From the NCBI RefSeq assembly GCF_008831285.2, contig NC_045138.2:41044001-41108000 (forward strand): DNA of 64,000 nt. The letters run 5' to 3'. This document shows, one piece after another, positions 51,538-64,000 of the stretch (positions are counted from its first letter, which is position 1; the number at the start of each line of letters is the position of its first letter). This DNA is from Nymphaea colorata. Its lineage: Eukaryota. The notes beneath the pieces are model-generated. The model was not told the origin of the DNA. It did no database searches and saw only the letters and a list, made by a program, of their open reading frames with translations. The translations under genes were made by a program, and so were the position numbers.

Positions 51538-51946
51538 CTTTCCCTCTTCTTCTTCCTCCTTCTCCTCTCAGAAGGTCGGAACCATCAACCCCAACAGAAC
51601 TTCTTGTCTATGCTCGTTCTTGGTCAGGAAGCAGGCACTGAAGCAGCTTGAAACACTGAATCCACACAGAAGCCTTCAGGGAGAAGAGAAACACTGTCGG
51701 TGGGGAACAACATAGCCGATCTTCCGTGGATCCGGAGGTTTGCTCGCCCGGTGGGCTAAAGAGAGAGGATAGGAGCATCCAAGATTGTATGAGAACGTCT
51801 GCCACTTTGGCAAATACTTGTCCCCTTGTTGGTACCGTAATGTCCGGTAAATGCGCCTCCTAGTTAACTGTATTATTTATAATCCTTGCTAAATGTACTT
51901 CAGCTTCAAAATTTCCTGTTAGATGTTTACTGTAAATCGTTCCAAT

Positions 51947-52168
51947 CAATGTTATGAAAATCGGCTCGAATAGGTGGAAAACCAAATATATTCAGTGGCC
52001 CATTCAAGATTGGCATGCGTCATTTTTTATCTTTTTCTAATTTTTTAGTTTTTTAAATATTTTTTCATACTTTTTGAGAAATATTTTTTAGTTGTTTTTG
52101 CCAATTCATGAATCGCGAAATCGGAATAACTTGGCCGATCCATTTCAAAACCGCTTCTGATGACATTG
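51947..52168. mobile_element. Short hAT-like MITE (CAATGTT...GACATTG) in the PMT upstream region
   Basis: Termini caatgttat / atgacattg; flanks gttccaat / gtttcgac (5/8, differences all transitions). A related AT-rich element lies at ~35700-35921. Confidence 0.5.
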
Positions 52169-52625
52169 GTTTCGACAGGTCCATGCTTGACAACATTTCG
52201 ATATTCAGCCAGTTCTACTGAAATTAGAAAAACAAAAACAAAAAACTAATTGCTGTTTTAAAACAGAACCAGCAAAAGCATGTCTTGAAAAAACTGCAAA
52301 ATTTCTACGTTTGCAAAAGTTCTATTAATTGATCTAAATTGTCAATGCCATTTTGTTGGATCTTGAGTTAAGATCATACTAAAACTTTGTCTTGATTAAG
52401 AAATTATCTGCCTTGTATGACATACGTTTGTTGCTTTAACTCGTTTTAGAAAACAGACTCAACTAAACGTGTTCATATCGTCTGCCAGTTCCTTCTTAGT
52501 TCATTGCTCTATATCGTTATTTTATTTTCAACAAGCATTGAATTTAAGATTTTCCTTTTCGTTTTCACGTTTAGGCTTGCATAAACATCAGCCTCATGCT
52601 CTGTATGTCTGCAATTTCTTCATCA

Positions 52626-52977
52626 CATTTGTAGTCATCAATGCCAAAATATCTTGGAAGAAATCAGGATGCAAAACTTGAATAACACCGTTCATTTAGT
52701 TGGCACCAGATACAAGCTTCTTCATACAGAACAGAGACGGAGCCAAGTTAGAAGACAATACCGTGCTCATTTGCTTGAAGCAAACACGTCCAACTGTTAC
52801 ATTTGTAGTCATCACTGCCAAAATAACTTACAAGTTACAACAAATCAGGATGCAAAAATTAAATAACATGGTTCGTTCAGTTGGCACCAAATAGGAGCCT
52901 CTTTATTACAGAACCATGACGGGGCCCAAGTTAGGAGACGATATCTTGCACATTTGCTTGCAGCAAACACGTCCAAC
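52626..52977. repeat. Diverged tandem duplication of a ~175-bp unit
   Basis: acatttgtagtcatca...aatcaggatgcaaaa...agttggcacca...ccaagttag...catttgcttg.agcaaacacgtccaac occurs at 52626-52794 and again at 52799-52977. Confidence 0.85.
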
Positions 52978-55900
52978 GTCTATGCTGTCACTGGCTCGAC
53001 CAACTACACTAGCAGAAACACATGGAACAGGAAATTTCTCACAGAATAGAAAAAGCTCATGCACAATAGATTTCCTGATGAGGAACATGACTAGGGAAGA
53101 CAGCCTATGTGCTAACTGCTAACAAGGGTTTATCCCAAACATTTATTTTCTTCAGAAAGTTTTTGCTTCCACAGAGACATCAGTTGTTCACGAATTTGGC
53201 CATTCTCTTTGCGTACATGGCGATGTTTCCATGTTTGTGATGCGGAATTACAAAGAGTCTGCAAGGTTTTAGGAATTACTGATGAAAAAAAATTTTACTG
53301 CCAATTTTTTCTTTCTTTTTAGAACAGAGAAACTCATCCGGTAATATACTCTTATCTGTTGAAGAGTTCATCATAAAGAATGGCGTGGCATCCTTGTGGA
53401 AGTAATTTAATATGTTGCAGTTGGTTAAATGCAGAAGCTGCACATGGTGCATTAATGACACGCTATTAAACTAACGTCTTCAGAGGATACTAAAATTGTA
53501 ACCAGGTTTTGACATCAAAAGTATTTCAAAAAAGATCTTTGTTTTAATGCTGAAGCCAGGTTTTAACAGTTTTAGTACGAGGTACAAATTTTGCTCAGTT
53601 GGTTGCACCCAAACCAGAATTAGATACTAAATGATTCTTGCATTTGCAAGAGCTGAATCCAACAAGGTTTGGTGATAAAATAGTTCCTTAACTTGCGAGC
53701 ACTATTGAAATAATCCAGGAATTCACACATGGTTCCAGTTCTCCACGGATTCATCACCATGCATCACAGGGCCTTCGTAGTTTATGAACCATGATGCAAT
53801 ATGTTAAAAAGTAAAACATGAACAGCCTGAGTTTTTAGAAAAACCCTCAATCAAGAAGGCAGTTTTTATATCCACATACAACTGCATGCCTCCATGTCTT
53901 TGAATTTCAATATCTTCAAAACTGCAAGCTCCTAGTGGCATGGAATGGATGTTGAAAGTTTTGTACAAAGATGCCGTGCTATCAGAAGTACATTAGACAT
54001 GAGCAGTAATACAAGGACCATGTTTAAGGCTTTAAATGTCTTCTAGTATTTCCAACCAAAACGTGCATTTACTTGGATTGTCGAGCAGGCTTGACGTAGT
54101 AGAAAATTTGATTTGTGTCATCCATGACATAAACCAGGAATCTCTGTAATCAATATGAAGATGAGAAATGAGCACCATATTAGTCTGGCAGGATTTAGTA
54201 GAAAACCATGTGACTATGTGAGGCTGGCAAGTAAGCACATGGCATATTAGATTCATCGGCAAATTTTTTATTCGTCGGCACATGGCATATTAATTATTAG
54301 ATTGATACACAGGAAACATGGGTTTCACATTCTCACGTATGGAAGATGAGGCAAAAAGAATATGAACGGTTACTTTCAATACAATTGCATGAATTCTTTG
54401 AAATATGGTGTAAACTTTGGCTGTTGAGTGCTACATCGTAGAAACCTTTAGCATACAAGGTTGTTAGATGTGCTATAGGAACAAACTTGCTAGCGACATG
54501 ACAAAAGGGTCAGATCAGCACGTCTATCCTTAGCACAACCAAAATGGATGATGCTTTGTCCCTCAAACCTTATGATAAATTGGTACTGCTCCTGAAACTT
54601 GTGAGTATGTAGAATAGCAAGAACAGGTAGGCAGGAAAGCGTGCATGTGTGAGTATTATGCACTACATAAATCTGTCTGCATGTATGCCCATATGCATGC
54701 ATCTGTGCTTCCCCCAATAGCTTACATGAGTAGGATATGAAAGAAAAGGAGGATACAGAGGTATGAAGGAACAAGGGAGAATCTAGGAAGTTGGATAGAA
54801 AATTCAACTGGAGAAGCAGCATTAACGTTGTGAAGGAAAAAAATATAAGCACTTTACATCTAAATGCCTAAAACATTCACACGAAAAGAAGAAAGGCACA
54901 CAAACACGAGCATCATAAGTACAAATGAAAAAAAAAACAAAAAAACAGAGTGAAAATATCATTCTTCACAATCTAGGGGCAGCCATTATTCCAATTAAGA
55001 GGGACAGGACATCAAGTACTAGGCTTTGGAATTTCTTGGGTAATGGGGAGATGGCCCTTCTGTGATTAGCCATGGGCTACCAATAACTCTGAAGTGTTCT
55101 TACCTGACGAGTGCCCAAAACATACAAGTAAACAGAAGTATCATACTTCTAAATTATAACGCAAGCTAGACCTCACCAAATAACTTACCTCAACCAGTAA
55201 GTTAGAAGTACTTTTCTTATGGGATAAACACAATCACAGATAGTTTTCTGCATCAAGAATGTTTTGTTGGCTGAGTTTAACGATGATGCTGTTCTCATAA
55301 GGCTCACCGGCCAGGGCTCACCCTTATCACCCGCCACCCCCCTTCCCCCCACAAACCCCCCAAAAAAAAAGAAAAGGCCATACTTTAGCATCTCGTAAAG
55401 GACACTCTAGTGAGTTCATTCCTTAGGTATATCAAACAAAATTCACAGATAAATCTCAAAGAAAATGAAAAGACATGCAACAGCATCGGGCAACCATTAA
55501 AACAGTATTTCGACTCATTTCCAATTAAAGAACAGAATCACAGTAGGTAGATCCCCTTTTTCTGTACTCACAGAATCAGTTTAGTATGTCCCAATATTTT
55601 AATGAGCTATGAAGATACATAACCATCTAGCAGATAAAGTAACAAACGAATGCAGGCTTTACTGTTTGTAGACATGCCCAGGAGTAACCCAAAATAATGT
55701 TCAAAATCAAGATCCTTGAAAAGAAAAACACTGCTTTAGCTGATCAAGCAACTGCTTTATAGGGGAAAAAATGATATTGGTAAAGGCTCTCACTCATCTG
55801 GCTGGTTCATGTAGCTCATTTCTGTCAAGTGCAATCACTAGTACTCCTAGTTTATTCTAAACTTCTACAAAAAATGCATTTCATGTTTCACTAAATTGTC

Positions 55901-56214
55901 TAAAAGAATCTGGACAGCAAGTTATATACTACGCTAAACTATCTAGTATTTCTTTCTCCCAAAAAGTTCAAATTTACAAGCCACAGAAATTTCAAAAAGA
56001 AATGTGCTGATCCGTGTTGTAGCATATATAAGATTGCAACTTTGTAAGAGAAAGATGCACTGGTTTGTTTTGCTGTCTTTTGAGAGTCAGAAGATCAAGC
56101 ATGAGAGCACCAATTCCAAGTTACACATATATACATAACACAAATATTGACAATGAATAAGACATGTGTCGTTTAGATCAGCTTGACTTGCAGTAAAATG
56201 TGTCACATCCATAG

Positions 56215-57830
56215 CTACAAGTGATTAAGCTTAGATATTAAAGATGATGAAATAAATGTATCAGTGTTCTCCGCCATATTTAACAACGTAACTTTATGAA
56301 CCTTTAGCAGAGAACCATACCTCCCCACTAAGAAAATAATAAAGTTCACAAATTTCAAGGATTTAGAAAATCTTTCAGCAACATTCCTGAGGGAAGAGAC
56401 TAAGGAGTCGACTGTATCTTCAGTTAAATAAACATTCTGATTCAACATATTCTGAAAAAGAACAATTAGGGGCTCCGTCCATACTAAACAATCTGAGATG
56501 AAATCTTTTCGATGGCAAGGCTGACACACGACTACCTTGGACAAGCTTTCTTCAGTTAGCAACTTCTGGCACAAAGATGAAAGTTGAACTGAGTGCATGC
56601 ATTCCCTAACGATTCTACTAAGTACATCACAGATGTGAATGTTCATTCCCTCATTTCGCAATATCAATGGAAGAAAGATCGCATCTGCTGCTGCACTCTG
56701 ATGCAGCTTTGCATACTTGAGGGTGTTGCTCATCAGTAGGCGCGAAGCTGGCTCATTTAGCACCAACAAACTGGGAAGAAGAAAAGAGCACATAACCTGG
56801 CTCAGCCTCTCATAATCACAGCTTTCATTCTCACTTACAAGATTATTCAAAATGTGCAATGCAGTCGCATTATCCGCCTTCCAAGGTTCAATGATACCCA
56901 ACACTGACATGGTATGTGCAAGACCACATAGATTTCTAATTTCATCAGCAAAATGAGAGGCTCTAATGGCATCACCATGCTCACCAAAACTCAAAAGTTC
57001 TTCTTTCAACTTAAGAGCTCTAGCTCTAATAGAAGGTTCAAGCTCTGAACTGAGGGAAACCGGTTCTAAATGGCCATCCTCATTTCTTAAACTATCATCC
57101 ATTACCTGGTCAATCATTTCTTCTTCTTGCAACTCAAAAACCTCATCCATAGCTCGAGAAACTTTTTCCGAAGTAATCCGCGAAACCGATTGTGGAGACA
57201 AAGGAAGCCAAGGAAGGATAGCATGGTCATTTACGTTCCCATCCTTAAGCCACTGAGGCAAAGCATTGAATTCATCGTCTGTATCTAAATGCACAGGCCA
57301 TAAACCATCTCCCCTGACCGTATTAAGCAAATTCTTTGCAGATTTCATGACCCAAAATTCCAAATTTGGCTGTTTCAAAATGTTGGTAGCTAAAAGACAG
57401 AGGTCGCTCTTATGAAATCTCAAATGTTCTATGGTCAGAAATGACAGTATTTTAGATTGCATTGCATTCGGGAGAGTCTCAATCCACATGCATCTGCTCA
57501 CACATCCACAGATAATATGAGAAACGGGCATTGAAATACAAAAAGCAACGCACCGACATGGAAAGAGAATCAAAAAGAGAGGAAGAGTAAGCATGGTTAC
57601 TTGTTAACAACGGAATGAGCCTGTGAAGAAGAAGAAGGTGGTGATGATGGCGTTTTCTCTGCCGCTCGTTGATACTGTTGGGCAGAGGCTTGGTAATAGA
57701 GGACGTCTCTGGTGAGTAGGGCGAGGAAAGTAGAAGCCTTCATGGGGTTTTGCTGCATCCAAAAGGACGCCTCCCCTTCTGCAGAGCGTGAGTGAAGGAA
57801 AATATTGAACAAAGGAACCCACTCTTCCAT
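56215..57830 (-). CDS. FANCE: Fanconi anemia group E (FANCE)-like protein, 502 aa, 2 exons
   Basis: Exons 57830-57601 and 57493-56215, joined in frame by the GT-AG intron 57600-57494 (1509 nt total). The N-terminus MEEWVPLFNIFLHS...EASFW, the motif WIETLPNAMQSKILSFL and a helical Leu-rich C-terminus (LLPSLLVLNEPASRLL, WTEPL...FQNML, FSKSLKF) match plant FANCE-like proteins as I recall them. The gene structure is solid; the identity rests on recognition only. Confidence 0.8.
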
Positions 57831-58960
57831 GGAGAAGCCAAGACCCCTGACATAGATTTTGTCCACGAAGCCGTCTTACAGCGAGGCGAGATAGCGGTAA
57901 GCGAATAAAAGCGAAAAAAAAAAACGCCCCCTAATTTGATGCCGCATGTCCGGTGTTTCATATTTGACGTGTTGCGGCGATCATTAATCTCAAGGTCCGT
58001 ATATCTAACGGATACGTGAATGACTATTGAATGATGATTAATTCAGGTTTGGTTAGATCAATGCTGCAAATTGACTACAGTTTGATCCGATTGTAAGGCG
58101 AGGAATGTAAGAGTTTCCTAACAAAGAGGTTGCAAACTTGTCCATCTGGTGAAGGGTTTATTTAGGCATTTTTAGTTTTAATTATGACCGATCAGATTAT
58201 ATTTGAAGCAAAATCAGATCCCAAACTCAGTGCGCATGCTTGTGAGATGAAATTTAATTTTGTTACTTTTTTTTACGATGAGAAACCCTTACCAAGGCTC
58301 AGCCACTTAGGCATGATAGAATAAAAGAGCTCTCATCTGATCGGGAAAACTCATCAAAGTTACCTAAGCGTGCCATTAAAAGACAAAACCAATAGAAGTT
58401 CAAATCCCTGGAACGCATGTTCCTTTTTCATGTGAGGCCAAGTTCTCCAGCCATCTGCGCTTGAACATCCAAGAAAATGAACAATTTGAGGAGATAAAAC
58501 TTATGAGACTGTTTGGAAACAGTAACATTATGTTCCTGGTCTATGCATCTAACCAAAAATAAGTTACATTTACATTTAATAGACACTTAAAAAGTTTCCA
58601 TAATTTTACCCTATTTTTTGAGACACATACATAAAACAGTAACATATTATTATGAGATCCATTGCTATGAGATCCTGCTATAGGTTTGGTCACTCTAGAC
58701 AGTCTTCAACATCCGTGAGTTCTTTTTTCATGTTGCACTTGATGAAACGATCGCTGACCAGTGGAAAAGATGTGAAGCACCTTCAATTATTGCACAAGGC
58801 GAGTACACATGCATATGGAAGCTGTAACTCTTTAAATAGACCACTTTCACCAGTCCACATTTTCAACTATATACAGGCAACAGCATATGTTACTCTCTAG
58901 CCTTTACCTAATGGACATAACAAGCAAAAATTTACAACCGAAAATCTCAAGAGGCCATTG

Positions 58961-61900
58961 TCAGACTTGTACTCCTATCCTCTCAGCTACCTGCAACGAT
59001 ACAACAGTTGGGATTTGCTATTAGCTATTGATGAATGCAAACGCTTGTAAATGTGAAACGAACTCCTCAAACAAAACCAAAGACACGAAATAAAGAACAT
59101 GGAAACCACCATATTACCTCTCTGAAGGAGTGGACATCACTTCCCCAAAGCCAAGCATCACAACCAGCATCTCTGGCACCCCATATGTCATTCCTGCGGT
59201 CATCACCTACATGCACTGCATCTTCAGGTTTTACCCCAAGCAATTCACATGCCTTCAAAAATATAGTTGGGTTTGGTTTCTCAGCTTCAACCTGATTCAC
59301 GATAACATGATTTAACAGGAACTCATATAAGAATAGAGGAGCATAATAGGACAGAATGGCACATGAAAATGCCACAAAATGAGAAGATTTTATTTGAGGA
59401 CAACCACCTACCTCAGCAGACACAGCCACAGCATCAAACCACTCATCACACTTCAATGCTTGCAAAAGTGGGCGCAACCTTGTATCAAAGTTTGAAACAA
59501 CAGCTAATTTTACCCCAGCTCTTCTTATGGCTTTCAGTATTTTTTCTGCATCAGGATCACATAGACGCCATGCCTACAATCAGAATAACAGAACAGTTCA
59601 TCAAACAGAGGCATAAATCCCAAACAAGAACTGGATTATGAATTGTCAAGAATAGAAAATACTGAAAGTCTGAAAGTAAATAAAAAGTGGAAAAAAATTA
59701 ACCTTATCTGTGGTATAATATTCATAAAGTTCCTCAAAGTACTGAGAATCTGAACAACCAGTGGAAGATCTGACTATGTACTGCCAAAATGGTCTCCCAT
59801 CAGCTACATACCTGAACCAAGTGAATAAATTCAACTGTTAGAAAGCCTAGCCATTATTTAGATCCAGATAAAAGAGGCAAAAGCAATGTCTACTACAATA
59901 CAAAGCAAAGTCTACTACAATACAAAAGCTATTCTCTTTCTAATAAAATTCAGCATCATTTCAGGTATCCACGTAAGAATGACTCAGACTATGTCTGTTA
60001 CTGGTAAAATGCCCATTTGCAATGGCTTGGTGGATGGAACAATGTTTATTATTCCAAAGCATGAACTATTCTGAGCAACAAATTAAACAAAACAAAATCT
60101 AACCCCAAAAACCTGCAGAAGGAAAAACAAGCTGGCAAGTGGCAACTGATATTGGATAAAATAGCTTATGTCAAACAGGACTCCGCAACTGTACAATTCG
60201 GAGGACCAAAATATGAGAAGTTATTTACTGTTTCTTTTGCTTTTAATTTTCTCTTTTTTTTTTTTTTTGGAACTCATTTTGGTTCTTTATGGTCTTGGAA
60301 AGAACAGTCCTGCTGTTGACTTATCCACTGAACCTACTACCCAACACCACCTCTGATTTCATTCAATTTTTTGCCCAAGTTGTTGGCACTTGACATACTA
60401 TTGCTTTCTCATCGATTTAATGTCATTGAAGACAAGTTATTGCTATCGGCTTGCAGCCATTTCTGCTGTTCCAGAGAATGATGTGTTCAGAAAAAAAAAA
60501 ATTGTTCTAGCATATTTTACTGACTCCGAGTAATTTATTCAGGAAAAAGAACTCTTAAAGTTCTTATATAGCTTTTTCCTTATAGTGTTGTTTTAGCCTT
60601 TCAGGTTTAAGTCCTTGAAAGGTTTCTCGTCAGAAGCAACAAAAAAATAAGTAAATAGCTAAATAAACAAGTAATGGATTCTGTATACGTACTAGTTAGA
60701 TCTACCCAAAGATAGCATAACTGACATCATAAGACCGACAGAGTTCCAAAGGAAACCGTGTTACGAGTACCATGCTACCATGTAGGCAAGAAGATGAAGG
60801 AACATACGTTTGGCTTTGTAACTTATAACAAGATCAACTCAGCACAAGCAACCTTTGTGGGATTTATCCAACAGAAATAAAGATACACACCACACTGGTA
60901 CGAGACTCCATGAGCAAACAAATAAACCAACAGTCACTACAAAACTCAACATTCTTCAGTGGCTACCGAAATATAAGTTGGAACCAGTAAGACAAAAAAC
61001 TCGATATTTTGGGTGCATGAGTATGACGAACTTTTTCTGGTCCATATTCTAATGGCAGGAAAAGGGGAAAGCAGAAAGAGGGAAAATCTACAAAAACAGT
61101 GGAAATGCAAAAGGAGGACGGCCGAAAGAATAAAATAAGCAAAAGATTTTGGCGCAAAGCTTTTTAAAATAAAAAATCATCTATGAAGGAGAACTTTTTG
61201 AGGGGTACGAATCTTGCAGGCTATAGACTCCATGAATACAACACGCCAGTAAACAGGAAGCTTCGCTTTGGAATCACGATTTCAGTGCGCCAACATAGTC
61301 CAACCCAAAGGGAATTGGCCGAGGAAATTGCCAGCCAGCAAGCAGCCGAAACACCTCTAAGGGAAAACGAGTGAAAAGAGAGCTTTCTATACTACAAAAT
61401 AGTCTTGACTCACTGCACATACATTTTTGAAGGCCAAGATCCTCTGCTTTCTGGCAGGTGCGAACTTATTTTCGTAACAAGAATCCGAAAATAAGGTTAG
61501 TAAACAGAAGACAATAATTCCAACGAAGAAACAGCAACAAACAACAGAAGAGGCTCATCATGAAGATGAACACTTCTTCTTTCATGTTTATGATCTCAAT
61601 ATATTGACTAAAACAAAAGAACTCGCGTAATCTTCCAGAGATTAGAAGCCACCAAGAAGCATATGGGAAGCAAAAAAAGAAACCCAAGAAAAAAAAAAAC
61701 GATTTACGGAACCACTTGCTCAAAAAAAGTTTAAACAAAAACCTGAGTCGCGATCCGCCCCATGGTTGCCCGTACGCCCATCTATACCGCTTAAGAATCT
61801 CATCTTCTGAGTACTTCACCCCATATTTCTGGCCAAAGCTCCGGTAAATCTACATCCACCGAGAGAAAAACAAAAAATCCTCAAGACAAGGAGAAAAAGG

Positions 61901-62260
61901 AAGAAACAAGAAACCCGTCAAAGCGGCTCTCCAACAAGAGAAAACAGAACAACAAAAGTAGCTCACTTGAGCCGTCGGCTGAGACGGCACGATGAGGGTG
62001 CCGACGATGTCGACGAGAAGCGCCCTGTGGGTGACTTCTCCACAGACGGACCTCCTGTAGTCGAAGTAATCCTTCATCCAGAACGCCTCCATGGTCGCGC
62101 ATTGCGGCGGAGACCTGGGTGGTGACGGCGACGGGGACGGCGACGAATACCATCTCCTTGCATGAACTTTTTCCGACCCCAACACCTCCAAGAGTGTTGC
62201 AGAGCAGCCACTCCTCGGTGTCACAAAGGCCCTCCTGAGAACTCTGCCGATGGTCGCCAT
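58961..62260 (-). CDS. HDHD3: HAD-superfamily hydrolase, HDHD3/REG-2-like, 291 aa, 6 exons, probable organellar transit peptide
   Basis: Exons 62260-61967, 61849-61743, 59811-59703, 59573-59412, 59291-59118 and 58990-58961, all GT-AG and in frame (876 nt). HAD motifs I (LLVDIVGTL), II (VVSNFDTRL), III (EKPNPTIF) and IV (HVGDDRRNDIWGARDAG). The N-terminus is Arg/Ser-rich. Confidence 0.93.
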
Positions 62261-62377
62261 CTTCGCCTTCTTCCTCCTTCGTTGTTCCCTTCCGTCATAA
62301 ATGGAAGGCGACGATCGATGCCGACGTCCACAGGACACTCGCTTCCGGCCCTCTCCTAGCGCGGGTACAATGGCTCC

Positions 62378-62385
62378 ATTTATAA
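62378..62385 (-). promoter_or_regulatory. Putative TATA box of the HAD hydrolase gene
   Basis: TTATAAAT on the minus strand, ~120 nt upstream of the ATG at 62260. Confidence 0.45.
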
Positions 62386-63149
62386 GAGCGTTACGCTTCA
62401 AGGTAAAACACGGGGAATCGACTAATTCATCCTCAAAGATCAAGAGAATTACGGAACCACCATAGTCCTCGAATAATTGTCCTGGATCTTGGATCTCCAC
62501 TGGGACCCATTCTCCGCCAACGAGGTGTCGCATTTCTCACGTGTAAGATAAATTGATATATTAAGAATGTGTTTGATGGATAAGTTGTAGCATACAACTT
62601 GTCTCTACTTTGCCCCTTTTTTAGGATCAAAAATAATTTTAAGGTGTGGTTTTATCTTTTTCTGGCGTGACTTTGAGGGGGTATTTTGGCTGGGATAGAA
62701 TTTATGTAACACAAATTGTTTACACCTTACTAATTGGTCTTATCTTGAGCATGATAACAAATTGATCTCATTCTAAGGTGAGACGAAATAAGGCATAATT
62801 TTCAGCTAAAGGATTTACTTATGTTTGATTAGGGAGATAAATACAACTCATTAGCATGTTTAGACTTTCACAAATCACAATCGTATTTCCAAACATGAAT
62901 GGGGGGCTCTAATTTTTTTAACTCAAAATTAATTGTAGGCAATGTCAGGTTCAGGTTCAGGTGACACTTATTCGGAAGAGGATTCGCTGGATAACTTATT
63001 TCGAGAAAGTTATTTCATAGAAAAAAAGTAGGAGAGGTTTTTTTTTTTAAGTAAATTGGAGATAAAAAGTCCATTAAGTTTGTTTCAAGAGATAAATTAT
63101 CCCTCCACCCATTCGTGTGCACCATGAGAGAACAAATATTTGCTCTAAA

Positions 63150-63310
63150 GGACGTAGCATAGTTGGTCGAATTGATCTGCAAGTGAAAACTCAGTCGTTA
63201 GTTTAACTTTTGTGAGTACTAACACCGTAAAAGGTGGTAGACGCTACTTCAAGTTGAATGAAGTAATCGTAAGTTCACCCAAGTTATGAAGCAACTCTAA
63301 ACCCCAAACA
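63150..63310 (+). mobile_element. Possible degenerate tRNA-derived SINE
   Basis: Head GGACGTAGCATAGTTGGTC resembles a Pol III A box, and a degenerate B-box-like AGTTTAACT follows ~45 nt later. No cloverleaf, TSD or clear tail. Confidence 0.3.
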
Positions 63311-64000
63311 CAGCCAAGTAGAGAAACTTCGACGTGAGGTTCCCTCTCACTCACCTGCAGATTATAAATTTTCCTTGAAACATTTGCTTCCTCCAAAGCA
63401 CACGATTAGGGTGCAAGATTTCAAAAAGGGAACAAGATCTCCCAGATATATTTTCTTTGAAAGAATGTCTCTCCCCGTATATGTTTTCTTTGAAAGGATG
63501 TCTCTTTCATCCACGTTGTCTTCTTTGAAAGAACACAAAAGGACACATTCAAAGGACTGTTCCTCAAAAGCTTATTTACCCTAGAAAAGCGATAAGTTAT
63601 TCTGATAGCAAATGTCATCTACAGTATTTCAGGTAAAAGTTCTTGAATGACATCATATCCACGGTCATGTTCGAATTCAAAACTCATTAAAGGTATATTT
63701 TATGTCAAGATAAAGCTGGTGTTCCCTCTGACAAACAATAAAATCTCATAATTTTGCCCATCGTCAGCAACAGAGATAAAAACAGATATAAATCTCTGAA
63801 GTTTTACTGCTTTTGCATAGCGTTTATTTTACTACGATGAACTCTTCGTGTTTTCTTAAGTTCTGTCTCTTTCATAGACATTGTTTAATTGGTGTTGAAA
63901 ATTTTATTCAAAGAGCTTGACATAAGAGAACCGAGCAAAGGTTAGTAGGCGATCAGTTTTCATTTCGAGTCTAAAAGTATCAACTCTCCATGCTGTAAAA

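Noticed and set aside
57494..57600. ORF-track start MLTLPLFL... of the 459-aa ORF
   Set aside because: This segment is a GT-AG intron; the true first exon is 57830-57601.
62261..62533. In-frame 91-codon N-terminal extension of the HAD hydrolase
   Set aside because: It spans the putative TATA box (62378-62385) and has no family similarity; the ATG at 62260 gives a plausible transit peptide.

Overview
Flowering-plant nuclear DNA (species not determinable from sequence alone): AT-rich, with many microsatellites and MITEs, and no prokaryotic features. Six protein-coding genes can be reconstructed by hand with in-frame GT-AG splice sites. They are an intronless GC-rich receptor-like cytoplasmic Ser/Thr kinase (9483-11087, -), an intronless ZF-HD transcription factor (26383-27141, -), a 3-exon mitochondrial ribosomal protein mL41 (42743-44583, +), a 7-exon PMT6/7-type SAM methyltransferase (45689-51537, -), a 2-exon FANCE-like gene (56215-57830, -) and a 6-exon HDHD3-like HAD hydrolase (58961-62260, -). 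A decayed PLS-class PPR fragment followed by an L1 reverse-transcriptase remnant (~40.3-42.3 kb) appears to lie in a 5'UTR intron of the mL41 gene. Gene-free intervals (0-9.4, 11.1-26.3 and 27.2-40 kb) hold several hAT-type MITE families, other LINE remnants, a triple (GAA)n-punctuated repeat and an ACGT-box island upstream of the ZF-HD gene. I found no convincing new biological system. The findings are modest, testable leads, and the family assignments come from motif recognition, not database searches.
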